A stretch of 58,627 nt of DNA from an uncultured Ruminococcus sp. (lineage in GTDB: Bacteria > Bacillota > Clostridia > Oscillospirales > CAG-272), in NCBI GenBank assembly GCA_964644445.1, contig CAZXVF010000002.1, positions 1 through 58,627 on the forward strand. The letters are read 5' to 3'. Below the pieces are notes generated by a model. It did not search any database. It was not told the origin of the DNA and worked only from the letters and a program-made list of their open reading frames with translations. Below are positions 27,099-36,576 of this stretch, piece by piece. The translations under genes and the position numbers were made by a program. Every line of letters starts with the position of its first letter. The first letter of the stretch is position 1.

Positions 27099-30000
27099 AT
27101 GCAAGATAATAAGCACAGGGGCTTTCTGGATATCTTCACCAATTACAATCCGAGTGAAGAAAAACGGGATCTTTTGGAGCGCGGATACAACGTTATAGCG
27201 AAAAGGGTTCCCGAAACCACGCGTATAGAGGTCGATATCTCCTTCAGACAGCACGAGGACGCAGAGCTTATATACGATATAGAGGACGAGTGCAGAACGC
27301 TTTATAAGGCGCAGTCCTTTAAGATATTGCCGCATTTTCCGAGCAAAATATTCGATATGAAGTATTTTTCCGAGATTATTTGTGAGGCGGCAGGCTGCGG
27401 TGCTATAACCAACGGCTTCTTCACCGGTGCTTCTTTTGCCGACGACGGAGAAACCGTAACCGCATCTATACCTTTTTCGGATATCGGCGTCGATTTCGTT
27501 AAGGTTGCCAATACCGAAGCGATCCTTTCGAATATACTTGCCAGCAGATACGGCGTTACACGTAAGGTAGTAATAACCTCCGGTGCGGGAGACCGCGAGC
27601 GCCGCAGAGAATGGGAGAGCAAGCGCAAGCAGATAATGCAGAGAGCCGAGGCGGAGAGCCGCGAGGCGTATATAAAGCAGCGTGAGGCAGACAGAGCAAA
27701 GGCGGAGGAGGAAGCGAGAGCCGCAGATCCCTATTACGACTTTGATGCAAAATCCGGTATATCCTCCGCAACGGGAATAAGCACCCGCATATCCGAAACC
27801 TCGTATACGATGGGCGCAACCACCTATGAATTTAAAGATCACGAGACCGTATACGGTGACGATTTCGATATTATAGAGCCGACTCCGCTTTCGGATATTG
27901 AATCAGTCCGTGTAAGAAGCGTATTTTTGGGTACCGTTTTCGAGGTAACGACGCGCGAGACCAGAGCCGGAGATAAAACCTCGATATCTATCGGAATTTC
28001 CGACGGCGCAAGTGCCGCGTATCTGAAAAAGGTTCTTCCGAATGAGGAGATATCGTGGCTTAAGGGCGTAAAATCCGGTATGCATCTGGCTGTTATCGGA
28101 AGAGTCCAGAGAGATAAGTTTGACAACGAGCCGTACATATCTCCCACAGGAATCAAAAAAATCAGTGCGGTATTGCGTTGCGACAACGCCGAAAAAAAGA
28201 GAGTAGAGCTACATCTGCATACCAATATGTCTCAGATGGACGCCCTGATAACTCCAAAAGAGCTTATAGATACAGCAACGAGGTGGGGGCACCGCGCAAT
28301 AGCCGTTACTGACCACGGAAACGTTCAGGCATTCCCCGAGGTTATGCTCGCACATGAGAAATCGGGTAATACCGATCTTAAGGTTCTTTACGGAATTGAG
28401 GCGTACTACGTAAACGATACCGAACGATGCGTTTTCGGAAGCAAGTATCCTTCGTTTGACGATGAGATGATAGTTTTCGACCTTGAAACCACGGGACTTT
28501 CCAATCGCTCCTGCCGAATAATAGAAATAGGTGCGGTCAAGATTAAGGGCGGAGAAATAATAGAGGAATTCAATACCTTCGTCGATCCCGAATGTGAAAT
28601 ATCCGCGGAGATAACCGAGCTGACCTCTATCACGAACGAGGACGTTGCGGGTGCTCCAAAGGAGAAGGAAGCCGTAGAAAGCTTCTTGAAATTCGCAGGC
28701 GACAGGCTTCTTATCGCGCACAACGCCAATTTCGACGTAGGATTTATTCGCGTCGCCGCCGAAAGATGTAACCTCCCGTTTACTAATTCCTATCTTGATA
28801 CGGTAGGACTTTCAAAATTCGTGAATCCCGAGCTTACGAAGCATAAGCTCAATATAATCGCCGAGCATTACAAGCTCGAGGATTTCCATCATCACAGAGC
28901 ATGTGACGACGCAAGAACTCTTGCGCTTATATTCTTCGTAATGGTAGAGAGACTGAGAAGTGAGGGAGTAAGCACGTTTGAGAGAATGGTTGACGCAATG
29001 AGTGAAAAGGCGGATCCGCTGAAGCTTCCCGTCAATCATATGATAATTTTCGCTAAAAACAGAGAGGGATTAAAGAACCTCTACCGCCTCGTATCATTCA
29101 GTTATTTGGATTATTACAAGCGCAGACCGAGGATGCCGAAATCCGTTATAGAGCAGTATCGCGACGGGCTTATCATCGGCTCCGCGTGCGAGCAGGGCGA
29201 GCTTTACAGAGCAATTCTCGAGGGCAGAGCCGATCAGGACGTCGAGGAGATCGCCGAGTTTTACGATTACTTCGAGATCCAGCCCATAGCAAATAATAAG
29301 TTCCTTCTCGGTAAGGGCAGGGTGTCGAGCGAGGAGGATCTGCGTGAGATAAACCGCAAAATATACCGCCTCGGCAAGAAGCTCGGCAAGCCCGTGTGTG
29401 CTACGTGCGACGCACATTTCCTCAACAAGGAGGACGAGGTGTACAGAAGGATTCTTCTTGCCGGTCTGAAAATGTCGGATGCGGATAACGAGATGCCGAT
29501 CTATCTTCGCACGACCGATGAAATGCTTGAGGAATTTTCCTATCTCGGTAAGGATGAGGCGTACGAGGTAGTCGTCGAAAACACAAATAAGATTGCCGAT
29601 ATGTGCGAGCAGCTCAGACCTATTCCGAAGGGAAAATACGAGCCGAACGTTCCCGGTGCAAACGAGGAGCTGACGGAATCCTGTTGGAAGCGCGCACACG
29701 AATGGTTCGGCGACGATATTCCGGAGATAGTAACGAAAAGGCTTGAAAAGGAGCTTGGCTCAATCATCAAGAACGGCTTTGCAGGACTCTATATGATAGC
29801 CGTAAGGCTCGTTGCATATTCCGAGAGCCTCGGTTATCAGGTAGGCTCGAGAGGCTCCGTCGGATCATCGCTAGTTGCAACGCTTTCGGGTATATCCGAG
29901 GTAAATCCGCTTCCTCCGCATTACCGCTGTCTCAAATGCAAGCACAGTGAATTTATTACCGACGGCTCCGTCGGATCGGGATTTGATCTCGATGATAAAA

Positions 30001-31511
30001 AATGTCCCGTATGCGGAGAGATAATGTATCAGGACGGTCACGATATCCCCTTTGAAACCTTCCTCGGCTTCTACGGTGAAAAGTCTCCCGATATAGATCT
30101 TAATTTTTCCGGTGACGTTCAGGGTATGGTACATAAATATACGGAAGAGCTCTTCGGAGAGGGACACGTATTCCGCGCGGGAACGATAGGTACTCTCGCA
30201 GATAAAACCGCGTACGGTTACGTTGCAAAGTACCTCGAGGAACGAAAAATCAAGCTTCCGAAGGCGGCAATGTCACAGATGGTCACGAAGCTCGTCGGAA
30301 TCAAAAAAACTACGGGACAGCACCCCGGCGGTATAATAGTAGTTCCGAAGGAATATGAAATATACGACTTTTCACCCGTTCAGCACCCCGCCGACGATCC
30401 GAAATCCGATATCATAACGACGCACTTCCAGTTCTCGTATCTACACGATACCATTCTGAAGCTCGACGAGCTGGGACACGATATTCCTACCAAGTATAAA
30501 ATGCTTGAAAAGTATACGAACACCAGCGTTATGGACGTAAAAATGAATGATAAATCCGTCTACGAGCTTTTCGCATCGACGAAGCCTCTCGGTATAACTC
30601 CCGCCGACATCGGCGGCTGTCTGCTCGGTACGTACGGAATCCCCGAGATGGGAACGAAATTCAGCCAGCAGCTTCTGCTTGACGCTCTTCCGAAAACCTT
30701 TGCCGACCTTCTTCAGATATCGGGACTGAGCCACGGAACGGACGTATGGCTCGGAAACGCACAGGATCTGATAAAGGCAGGCACCTGCACCATTTCGGAG
30801 GTCGTCGGAACACGAGACGGTATCATGGTCTACCTGCGTCAGAAGGGGCTTGACGATTCAATGGCGTTCGCAATAATGGAGGACGTAAGAAAGGGAAGAG
30901 GAGTAAAGCCCGAGTATGAAAAGGCGATGAAGGAGCACGACGTTCCGGAATGGTATATCGGTTCTTGTAAGAAGATAAAATATATGTTCCCGAAGGCACA
31001 TGCCGCCGCATACGATATGTCCGCCGTTCGTCTCGGTTGGTATAAGATATACTATCCCATGGAGTTTTACGCAGCGTATCTCTCGGTAGCCCCGGGCGGA
31101 TTCGATGCCGAAATAGTCGGAAGAGGTTATAACGGAGTAAATAACGCAATACGCGAAATAGAGGAAAAGGGACTTGACGCAACCGCCAAGGAAAACGAAA
31201 CCTGTCAGACGCTTTATCTCGTGCGTGAGGCGCTTGCACGAGGGGTAAAGTTCCTTCACGTCGATCTGAAAAAGTCCGATGCCCGTATGTTCCTTCCCGA
31301 GAACGGTAAAATACGTATGCCGTTCAATTCTCTCGTCGGACTCGGTGAGGGCGCGGCGGATAAGCTCGTAGAAACTCGCGATAAGTACGATATTTATTCC
31401 GTCGAGGATCTTCGGCTGCATTCCGGAGTGTCAAAAACCGTTATAGAAATACTGAGAAAAAACCACGTTTTAGACGACTTGTCCGAGACGAATCAGTTCT
31501 CAATATTTTAA
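27099..31511 (+). CDS. polC: DNA polymerase III, PolC type
   Basis: PHP domain (VELHLHTNMSQMD), internal 3'-5' exonuclease (VFDLETTGL...HNANFDVGF), zinc finger (CLKCKH...CPVCG) and polymerase core. The start is set at MQDNKH (27099), which has an AAAGGA RBS. Confidence 0.95.
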   Translation: MQDNKHRGFLDIFTNYNPSEEKRDLLERGYNVIAKRVPETTRIEVDISFRQHEDAELIYDIEDECRTLYKAQSFKILPHFPSKIFDMKYFSEIICEAAGCGAITNGFFTGASFADDGETVTASIPFSDIGVDFVKVANTEAILSNILASRYGVTRKVVITSGAGDRERRREWESKRKQIMQRAEAESREAYIKQREADRAKAEEEARAADPYYDFDAKSGISSATGISTRISETSYTMGATTYEFKDHETVYGDDFDIIEPTPLSDIESVRVRSVFLGTVFEVTTRETRAGDKTSISIGISDGASAAYLKKVLPNEEISWLKGVKSGMHLAVIGRVQRDKFDNEPYISPTGIKKISAVLRCDNAEKKRVELHLHTNMSQMDALITPKELIDTATRWGHRAIAVTDHGNVQAFPEVMLAHEKSGNTDLKVLYGIEAYYVNDTERCVFGSKYPSFDDEMIVFDLETTGLSNRSCRIIEIGAVKIKGGEIIEEFNTFVDPECEISAEITELTSITNEDVAGAPKEKEAVESFLKFAGDRLLIAHNANFDVGFIRVAAERCNLPFTNSYLDTVGLSKFVNPELTKHKLNIIAEHYKLEDFHHHRACDDARTLALIFFVMVERLRSEGVSTFERMVDAMSEKADPLKLPVNHMIIFAKNREGLKNLYRLVSFSYLDYYKRRPRMPKSVIEQYRDGLIIGSACEQGELYRAILEGRADQDVEEIAEFYDYFEIQPIANNKFLLGKGRVSSEEDLREINRKIYRLGKKLGKPVCATCDAHFLNKEDEVYRRILLAGLKMSDADNEMPIYLRTTDEMLEEFSYLGKDEAYEVVVENTNKIADMCEQLRPIPKGKYEPNVPGANEELTESCWKRAHEWFGDDIPEIVTKRLEKELGSIIKNGFAGLYMIAVRLVAYSESLGYQVGSRGSVGSSLVATLSGISEVNPLPPHYRCLKCKHSEFITDGSVGSGFDLDDKKCPVCGEIMYQDGHDIPFETFLGFYGEKSPDIDLNFSGDVQGMVHKYTEELFGEGHVFRAGTIGTLADKTAYGYVAKYLEERKIKLPKAAMSQMVTKLVGIKKTTGQHPGGIIVVPKEYEIYDFSPVQHPADDPKSDIITTHFQFSYLHDTILKLDELGHDIPTKYKMLEKYTNTSVMDVKMNDKSVYELFASTKPLGITPADIGGCLLGTYGIPEMGTKFSQQLLLDALPKTFADLLQISGLSHGTDVWLGNAQDLIKAGTCTISEVVGTRDGIMVYLRQKGLDDSMAFAIMEDVRKGRGVKPEYEKAMKEHDVPEWYIGSCKKIKYMFPKAHAAAYDMSAVRLGWYKIYYPMEFYAAYLSVAPGGFDAEIVGRGYNGVNNAIREIEEKGLDATAKENETCQTLYLVREALARGVKFLHVDLKKSDARMFLPENGKIRMPFNSLVGLGEGAADKLVETRDKYDIYSVEDLRLHSGVSKTVIEILRKNHVLDDLSETNQFSIF

Positions 31512-31537
31512 CTGAAATCAAATTATTAATAAAAAAT

Positions 31538-31567
31538 AAGACGCCGTATTTTCGGAAAAAGCGTCTT
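31538..31567. terminator. Stem-loop after polC
   Basis: aagacgc (31538..31544) pairs with gcgtctt (31561..31567). The T-run is better on the minus-strand side, so the orientation is ambiguous. Confidence 0.4.
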
Positions 31568-31579
31568 AAACGTAAACAA

Positions 31580-31613
31580 AAATATACAAAAACGCCCCGA
31601 AAACAATCGGGGC
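31580..31613 (-). terminator. Rho-independent terminator of the small-protein operon
   Basis: gccccga (31594..31600) pairs with tcggggc (31607..31613). On the minus strand it is followed by GTTTTTGTATATTTTT. Confidence 0.7.
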
Positions 31614-31620
31614 TTAGAAT

Positions 31621-31941
31621 TTAATTAATGAGCAGTAGCAAAAGCAGCATTATTGCGCATTCCTTATCACCGCCGTCCGAGAAGAACATGAGTGCCGCTA
31701 TTGCGATGATAAGAAGCTCCTCGTATCCGAATTTTTCAGGATGCGGAAGTCCGATATGTAGTCCTCTTAATATCTCGTCTAGGAACCCGCCGCGCTCTCC
31801 TTGCGGTGCTCGCTCGCATTTTTCCTCAAATTTCGGCGGATCGCTCGGTGCGTACGGAGGCTCCGGTGCTTCCCTCATAGCTATTCCGTCGTATGACGGT
31901 GGCATCGAGCCTGAGTCGTTTAAAAAGCTTCTCGTATACAT
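31621..31941 (-). CDS. Hypothetical small protein with a Pro/Glu-rich N-half and a hydrophobic C-terminus
   Basis: 106 aa. The C-terminus reads EELLIIAIAALMFFSDGGDKECAIMLLLLLLIN. The ATG lies 4 nt after the upstream stop, and the AGAGGTGA RBS lies inside the upstream gene. Confidence 0.6.
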   Translation of the reverse strand: MYTRSFLNDSGSMPPSYDGIAMREAPEPPYAPSDPPKFEEKCERAPQGERGGFLDEILRGLHIGLPHPEKFGYEELLIIAIAALMFFSDGGDKECAIMLLLLLLIN

Positions 31942-31945
31942 ATCT

Positions 31946-32260
31946 TCACCTCTGCTTCATCATGTCGAGTATTTCTGCCATTGATATCATAGAATCTATA
32001 GCCTTTGCTCGCTCGCTTGAGAGATACGGCTTCATGGCATGTAGGAGCTTCGTTCTGCGCTTCTTTTCTTCGCTGACTGCAAAGACTTGCGCCGCATCTT
32101 CGCTATCCTTCTTTGCCACTGCATCGGTACTCGCACCTTCGATGGCTTTATCCTCGGTTTCCTGTGCATCAGCCTTTGCAAGTCCTTGAATTTTTGATAT
32201 CAAGTCCGGATTTTCCATGATAAGGCTGACTATTTTTCCGAGATCGGGAGTATCGGCCAT
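31946..32260 (-). CDS. Hypothetical small acidic protein
   Basis: 104 aa with NPDLISKIQGL at the N-terminus and RRTKLLHAMKPYLSSERAKAIDSMISMAEILDMM at the C-terminus. The start overlaps the upstream stop (TAATG). Confidence 0.6.
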   Translation of the reverse strand: MADTPDLGKIVSLIMENPDLISKIQGLAKADAQETEDKAIEGASTDAVAKKDSEDAAQVFAVSEEKKRRTKLLHAMKPYLSSERAKAIDSMISMAEILDMMKQR

Positions 32261-32481
32261 TACTTTTTCCCCCTCTTGTATTCGTTGACTATGCGCATGG
32301 CGTCGCGCGTGCTGATCTCTCCCGCATCCAATGCATGCCTTACCTTACAAAGATCATCGGACGTTGGCATTCCCTCCGGTAAGCATATACCGTATGATAA
32401 GGCTATTCTCCTGATTTCACACCACAGTTCTTCGTCGGAAAGCTTACACAGTCGCTCCGTTATGCTTTTATCAAGCTTCAT
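32260..32481 (-). CDS. Hypothetical small protein
   Basis: 73 aa. AAAGGAGAA RBS 7 nt upstream of the ATG. First gene of a three-gene coupled unit. Confidence 0.6.
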   Translation of the reverse strand: MKLDKSITERLCKLSDEELWCEIRRIALSYGICLPEGMPTSDDLCKVRHALDAGEISTRDAMRIVNEYKRGKK

Positions 32482-32513
32482 ATGAGTATTCTCCTTTGAT
32501 TTATCTTCAAGAA

Positions 32514-32540
32514 TATTTTATGTAGCACGGAGAAAAAGGT
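32514..32540 (-). promoter_or_regulatory. Possible mother-cell (sigma-K/E-like) promoter for the small-protein operon
   Basis: Minus strand reads AC (32540..32539), 16 nt, CATAAAATA (32522..32514), which matches the remembered AC-N16/17-CATAnnnTA pattern. The motif carries little information. Confidence 0.2.
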
Positions 32541-32720
32541 TACGCGGATATACGGTAGAAGTAATATGCGTGAAATACATTTTTTGAGGAGCGTCAGGTG
32601 AATGCGAGCCGCAGATGAATAAAACGAACTATAGTAATAACGGAAAATACGTTATTGAGTACGAAGAAACAGAAAACGATTTTCGAAGATTAAAGATAAA
32701 AGGGAAGGGAAGAAAATAAA

Positions 32721-33197
32721 ATGAAAATATTGGTATTTTCCGATTCACACGGCAAGACTGCCGCCATGACGCATGCAATGAAAGTGCATCAAGATGCAGA
32801 AACGGTAATATTTCTGGGAGACGGTCTCGGTGACTTCTTTTCCGCCGTGCCTTTAACCGTCGCAAAGCTTGCAGTGCGCGGTAATTGCGATTGGGAGCCG
32901 CAGTTTTCTCACTTTCAAAAGCTCAATCTCGTTGTCCTCTGCGACAAGCGCATCGTATACACTCACGGGCATGAGCAGAATGTGAAATACGGAGAACAAG
33001 GTTTGCAAAGGCTTGCCGAGAATACGAATGCCGATCTGGTTCTCTTCGGTCATACGCATTTGCCGACGGAGCGTTATGAGAACGGCGTGTATTATTTCAA
33101 TCCGGGTACTATCGGAGGAATATATACGGGAAAATCAACGTACGGAATAATTACCCTGACCGACGGCGGAATCTTGCTCTCTCACGGTGAAATATAA
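32721..33197 (+). CDS. YfcE/MJ0936-family metallophosphoesterase
   Basis: 158 aa with ILVFSDSHG, FLGDG, GNCD and GHTH motifs. Confidence 0.85.
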   Translation: MKILVFSDSHGKTAAMTHAMKVHQDAETVIFLGDGLGDFFSAVPLTVAKLAVRGNCDWEPQFSHFQKLNLVVLCDKRIVYTHGHEQNVKYGEQGLQRLAENTNADLVLFGHTHLPTERYENGVYYFNPGTIGGIYTGKSTYGIITLTDGGILLSHGEI

Positions 33198-33277
33198 TAA
33201 ACCGTAGTAAAACGAAAAGCGGACTTCGTTAGGCAGAATAAAAGCACTTGAAATTCAAAGCGAAAATAAAGGATGAT

Positions 33278-33332
33278 AAAAAAACAGACCGACGGAAACT
33301 AGTCCGAATGTAAACGGTCTGCTTTTAATTTT
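33278..33332. terminator. Bidirectional terminator between the phosphoesterase gene and the glucokinase gene
   Basis: cagaccg (33285..33291) pairs with cggtctg (33315..33321), with an inner cgga/tccg stem. It is flanked by an A-run and by TTTTAATTTT. Confidence 0.6.
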
Positions 33333-33454
33333 AAGGCAAAATAAGTAATTAAAGTATAAGTCTTTGCTATAGAAACAGGTTTTTAAGCTACACTGATTGT
33401 TTGAAAAAATACTTAAAATGTAAATAATTATTAGAAAATACGGTTAAAATAGCT

Positions 33455-34417
33455 TTATTTTCCGAGTCCTGCGGCACCGATGATTCCCGCATCGTTTCCG
33501 AGAGTAGCAATAGCGAGCTTGGTTTTTCTTGCATTGTGCCTCGTAAACTGCTCTCTGTTAACTATCTCCATAAGCGGTAAAAGAAGCGCGTCTCCCTCGT
33601 TGCAAACGCCGCCTCCGATACAAAGCACCTCCGGCTGGAAGATGTTTATGATGTTGGTTATGCCTTCTGCCAGATATCTTACGTAGGTGTCAACTATTTC
33701 TTTTGCAAAAGGATCGTTGCCTCTCATAGCGTCAAAGGCTGTTCTCGCAGTAGCTTTTCCATATCGCTCTGCCTCTGTGAAGAGAAGTGAGGGGACCTTC
33801 TTTATTTTAAGCTCGTTCATTTTTTCTTCGGTCATGTTGGTAAGCGCAGTAGCCGATGAATAAGCCTCGAAGCATCCGCGCCTTCCGCAGCTGCACTGGC
33901 GTCCGCCAACCTCGATTACCATGTGTCCAAGCTCTGCAACCGCCGCGTTTATTCCTTTGTCGAATATATGACCGTCGATTATTACGCCACCGCCGACACC
34001 GGTTCCGAGCGTGATCATAACCGAGTGCTTCGTTCCCTTAGCAGAGCCCGTAAGAGCCTCGCCGAGAGCCGCCGCATTAGCGTCGTTCGCAACGTATATT
34101 TTCTCAATGCCTACTCTTTTTTTGAGTTCCTCAACGATAGGGAAGTTAGCAAACCCTAAATTATAAGCGGATTCTACGATACCCGCCTCGACGTCCACGG
34201 ATCCGGGCGTCGCAATTCCTACGTAATTTATATCGCTTTTTTCGATACCGTGCTTGCACAGCAGATCGGAAATAAGCTCCGCCATATTGTCCATTATATG
34301 TGAAGGCCCCTTTGCGGCCTCCGTTTTTACAGAGCCCTTCGCGATAATATCAAGCTCCTCGTTGCAAATTCCTACGGCGATATTCGTACCGCCGAGATCA
34401 ACTCCAATAGTGTACAT
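33455..34417 (-). CDS. glcK: ROK-family glucokinase
   Basis: The start is set at MYTIGVDLGGTN (GGAAAGGA RBS). Contains the ROK zinc motif GHM...CSCGRRGCFE. Confidence 0.8.
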   Translation of the reverse strand: MYTIGVDLGGTNIAVGICNEELDIIAKGSVKTEAAKGPSHIMDNMAELISDLLCKHGIEKSDINYVGIATPGSVDVEAGIVESAYNLGFANFPIVEELKKRVGIEKIYVANDANAAALGEALTGSAKGTKHSVMITLGTGVGGGVIIDGHIFDKGINAAVAELGHMVIEVGGRQCSCGRRGCFEAYSSATALTNMTEEKMNELKIKKVPSLLFTEAERYGKATARTAFDAMRGNDPFAKEIVDTYVRYLAEGITNIINIFQPEVLCIGGGVCNEGDALLLPLMEIVNREQFTRHNARKTKLAIATLGNDAGIIGAAGLGK

Positions 34418-34463
34418 AAATAATCCTTTCCGGCATGTCAAGTTTTTTGATTTTTATATAAAT

Positions 34464-34492
34464 ATTTTACCTTTTTTGAGACCGGATGTCAA
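34464..34492 (-). promoter_or_regulatory. Candidate sigma-A promoter of the glucokinase gene
   Basis: Minus strand reads TTGACA (34492..34487), 17 nt, TAAAAT (34469..34464). Confidence 0.6.
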
Positions 34493-34550
34493 GACGTTTA
34501 GAGAAATATTTTGTTCACAGAAAATTAACAATTTAAATTATTTAAATATA

Positions 34551-34579
34551 TTGAAAAATACACAAAAATGGTATACAAT
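34551..34579 (+). promoter_or_regulatory. Candidate sigma-A promoter of nifS-nifU-mnmA
   Basis: TTGAAA (34551..34556), 17 nt, TACAAT (34574..34579). The leader to the ATG is about 155 nt. Confidence 0.5.
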
Positions 34580-34738
34580 AGTCACGTAATTAAAAAGCAC
34601 TCGGCATAAGCGAAATTTTCGTGCATATTTTGCCGTCACCGTATCTTCGGTTACCGTCAGGAGACGGAGAATATGCGCCGATATCACTTTGCCGCCGCGC
34701 ATCTGAATCAATCCTATATAAAAAACAAGGAAGAAAAA

Positions 34739-35926
34739 ATGAAAAAAATCGTATATGCAGATAACGCAGCCACGACTCCCGTATATCCCGAGGTAGCTGC
34801 CGAAATTCAAAAGTGCTGTCTCGAATGCTGGGGTAACCCCTCAAGTGCGCACGATAAGGGCTACGAGGCTAAGGCAATTCTTACCTCAGCAAGAGAGCGT
34901 ATTGCAAGCGTGCTGGGATGCCTTCCCTCGGAAATATATTTTACCTCGTGCGGTACCGAGGCAGATAACTGGGCGATCAAAGGCGCGGCACACCGCCTCG
35001 CGAAAAAGGGGAAAAATCATATAGTAACTACCGCAATAGAGCATCCCGCAGTATTAAACACCTGTAAGGCACTTGAAAAGGAAGGCTTTGAGGTCACGTA
35101 TCTTCCCGTAGATAAATACGGACGAGTCTCCGTTGCCGACGTTAGCGCATCGGTTACCGATAAAACGGCGATAGTTGCGGTAATGTTCGCAAATAACGAA
35201 ATAGGTACGGTTGAACCGATTGCCGAAATAACGAAGGTCGTTCACGAGAAGGGCGCACTTATGTTTACCGATGCGGTGCAGGCTGTCGGTAACGTCGATA
35301 TAAACCTTCACGAGCTCGGCGTGGATATGCTCTCGCTTTCGGGCCACAAGCTTCACGCACCTAAGGGCATAGGAATTCTTTATATCAAGAAGGGTGTCGT
35401 CATCGACAATCTTATCGACGGTGGCGGACAGGAAAGCAGAAAGCGCGGCGGCACGGAGAATATACCCTATATCGCAGGCCTTGCCAAGGCACTTGAAATA
35501 TCCAAGGACAAGATGAGCGAGCTTCCGCACGTGATAGAAATGCGTGACAAGCTGATACGCGAGCTTTCCGAGATTCCGTATTCGCACGTTCACGGTCATC
35601 CTACGGAAAGGCTTCCCGGCATCGTTAATATCGGCTTTAAGTACGTCGAGGGAGAAAGCATACTCCTTTGGCTGAATCTTGCCGGAATTTGCGCGTCAAC
35701 AGGCTCTGCATGCTCCTCAGCAACACTTGACGCATCGCACGTTCTCCTTGCTACGGGAGTACCTCACGAGGAAGCGCACGGAACTCTGCGTTTATCTATA
35801 AGTAGCGATACGACGGACGAGGAGATAGATTATATTATAGCTACAGTCCCCGGAATAATCAAGCGCCTCCGCGATATGAGCCCCCTGTGGGAGGACGTGG
35901 TAAAGTCGGGAAGAGAAAACGGCTGA
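34739..35926 (+). CDS. nifS: Cysteine desulfurase, NifS type
   Basis: The start is set at MKKIVYADNAATTP (AAGGAAG RBS). PLP site SLSGHKLHAPKG and active-site loop SSGSACSS. Confidence 0.9.
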   Translation: MKKIVYADNAATTPVYPEVAAEIQKCCLECWGNPSSAHDKGYEAKAILTSARERIASVLGCLPSEIYFTSCGTEADNWAIKGAAHRLAKKGKNHIVTTAIEHPAVLNTCKALEKEGFEVTYLPVDKYGRVSVADVSASVTDKTAIVAVMFANNEIGTVEPIAEITKVVHEKGALMFTDAVQAVGNVDINLHELGVDMLSLSGHKLHAPKGIGILYIKKGVVIDNLIDGGGQESRKRGGTENIPYIAGLAKALEISKDKMSELPHVIEMRDKLIRELSEIPYSHVHGHPTERLPGIVNIGFKYVEGESILLWLNLAGICASTGSACSSATLDASHVLLATGVPHEEAHGTLRLSISSDTTDEEIDYIIATVPGIIKRLRDMSPLWEDVVKSGRENG

Positions 35927-36028
35927 TATTAATCCAACCGTTATGATATTGAGCCGACTGTTATAAATAACGAAAATATACAAAAAATCAAATTATAAAT
36001 ACGAGTATAGCGAAAAGAAGGAAATAGT

Positions 36029-36436
36029 ATGCAGTACAGCGAAAAAGTAATGGATCATTTTACAAATCCGAGAAACGTCGGTGAAATAGAAAATGCCGAC
36101 GGAGTAGGCACGGTCGGTAACGCAAAGTGCGGAGATATTATGAAAATATACTTGAAGGTTGACGACGATATAATCACCGACTGTAAGTTCAAGACCTTCG
36201 GTTGCGGTGCGGCTATCGCAACGTCCTCTATGGCAACCGAGCTTATCAAAGGACATTCGATTGACGAAGCCCTGACTCTGACCAACAGCGCAGTCGTCGA
36301 AGCGCTTGACGGACTTCCGCCGATCAAGGTACATTGCTCCGTTCTGGCAGAGGAAGCAGTTAAGAGTGCCGTAGCCGACTATTATACAAAGATCGGCAGA
36401 CCTATAGATTTTGAGCTTCCTAAAGAGGACGATTAA
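36029..36436 (+). CDS. nifU: Fe-S cluster assembly scaffold NifU/IscU
   Basis: 135 aa with NAKCGD, FGCGAAIA and HCSVLAEEA cysteine motifs. Confidence 0.9.
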   Translation: MQYSEKVMDHFTNPRNVGEIENADGVGTVGNAKCGDIMKIYLKVDDDIITDCKFKTFGCGAAIATSSMATELIKGHSIDEALTLTNSAVVEALDGLPPIKVHCSVLAEEAVKSAVADYYTKIGRPIDFELPKEDD

Positions 36437-36576
36437 CGATAAAACGAAGACAGTCGGTGTATTTTCGTAAAAGAGAGTATGCCGACTTTCCTATAATACA
36501 GAAATGAAGTAGACGGTTTAACATGTCGAAAAAGCTCGTATATGACAACTAACATTTACAATTAAGGTACAAATCA

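Noticed and set aside
26541-27842. 433-aa minus-strand ORF spanning the ispG-polC junction
   Set aside because: It is antisense to two strongly supported genes and crosses their intergenic gap. It has no RBS and no recognisable motifs.
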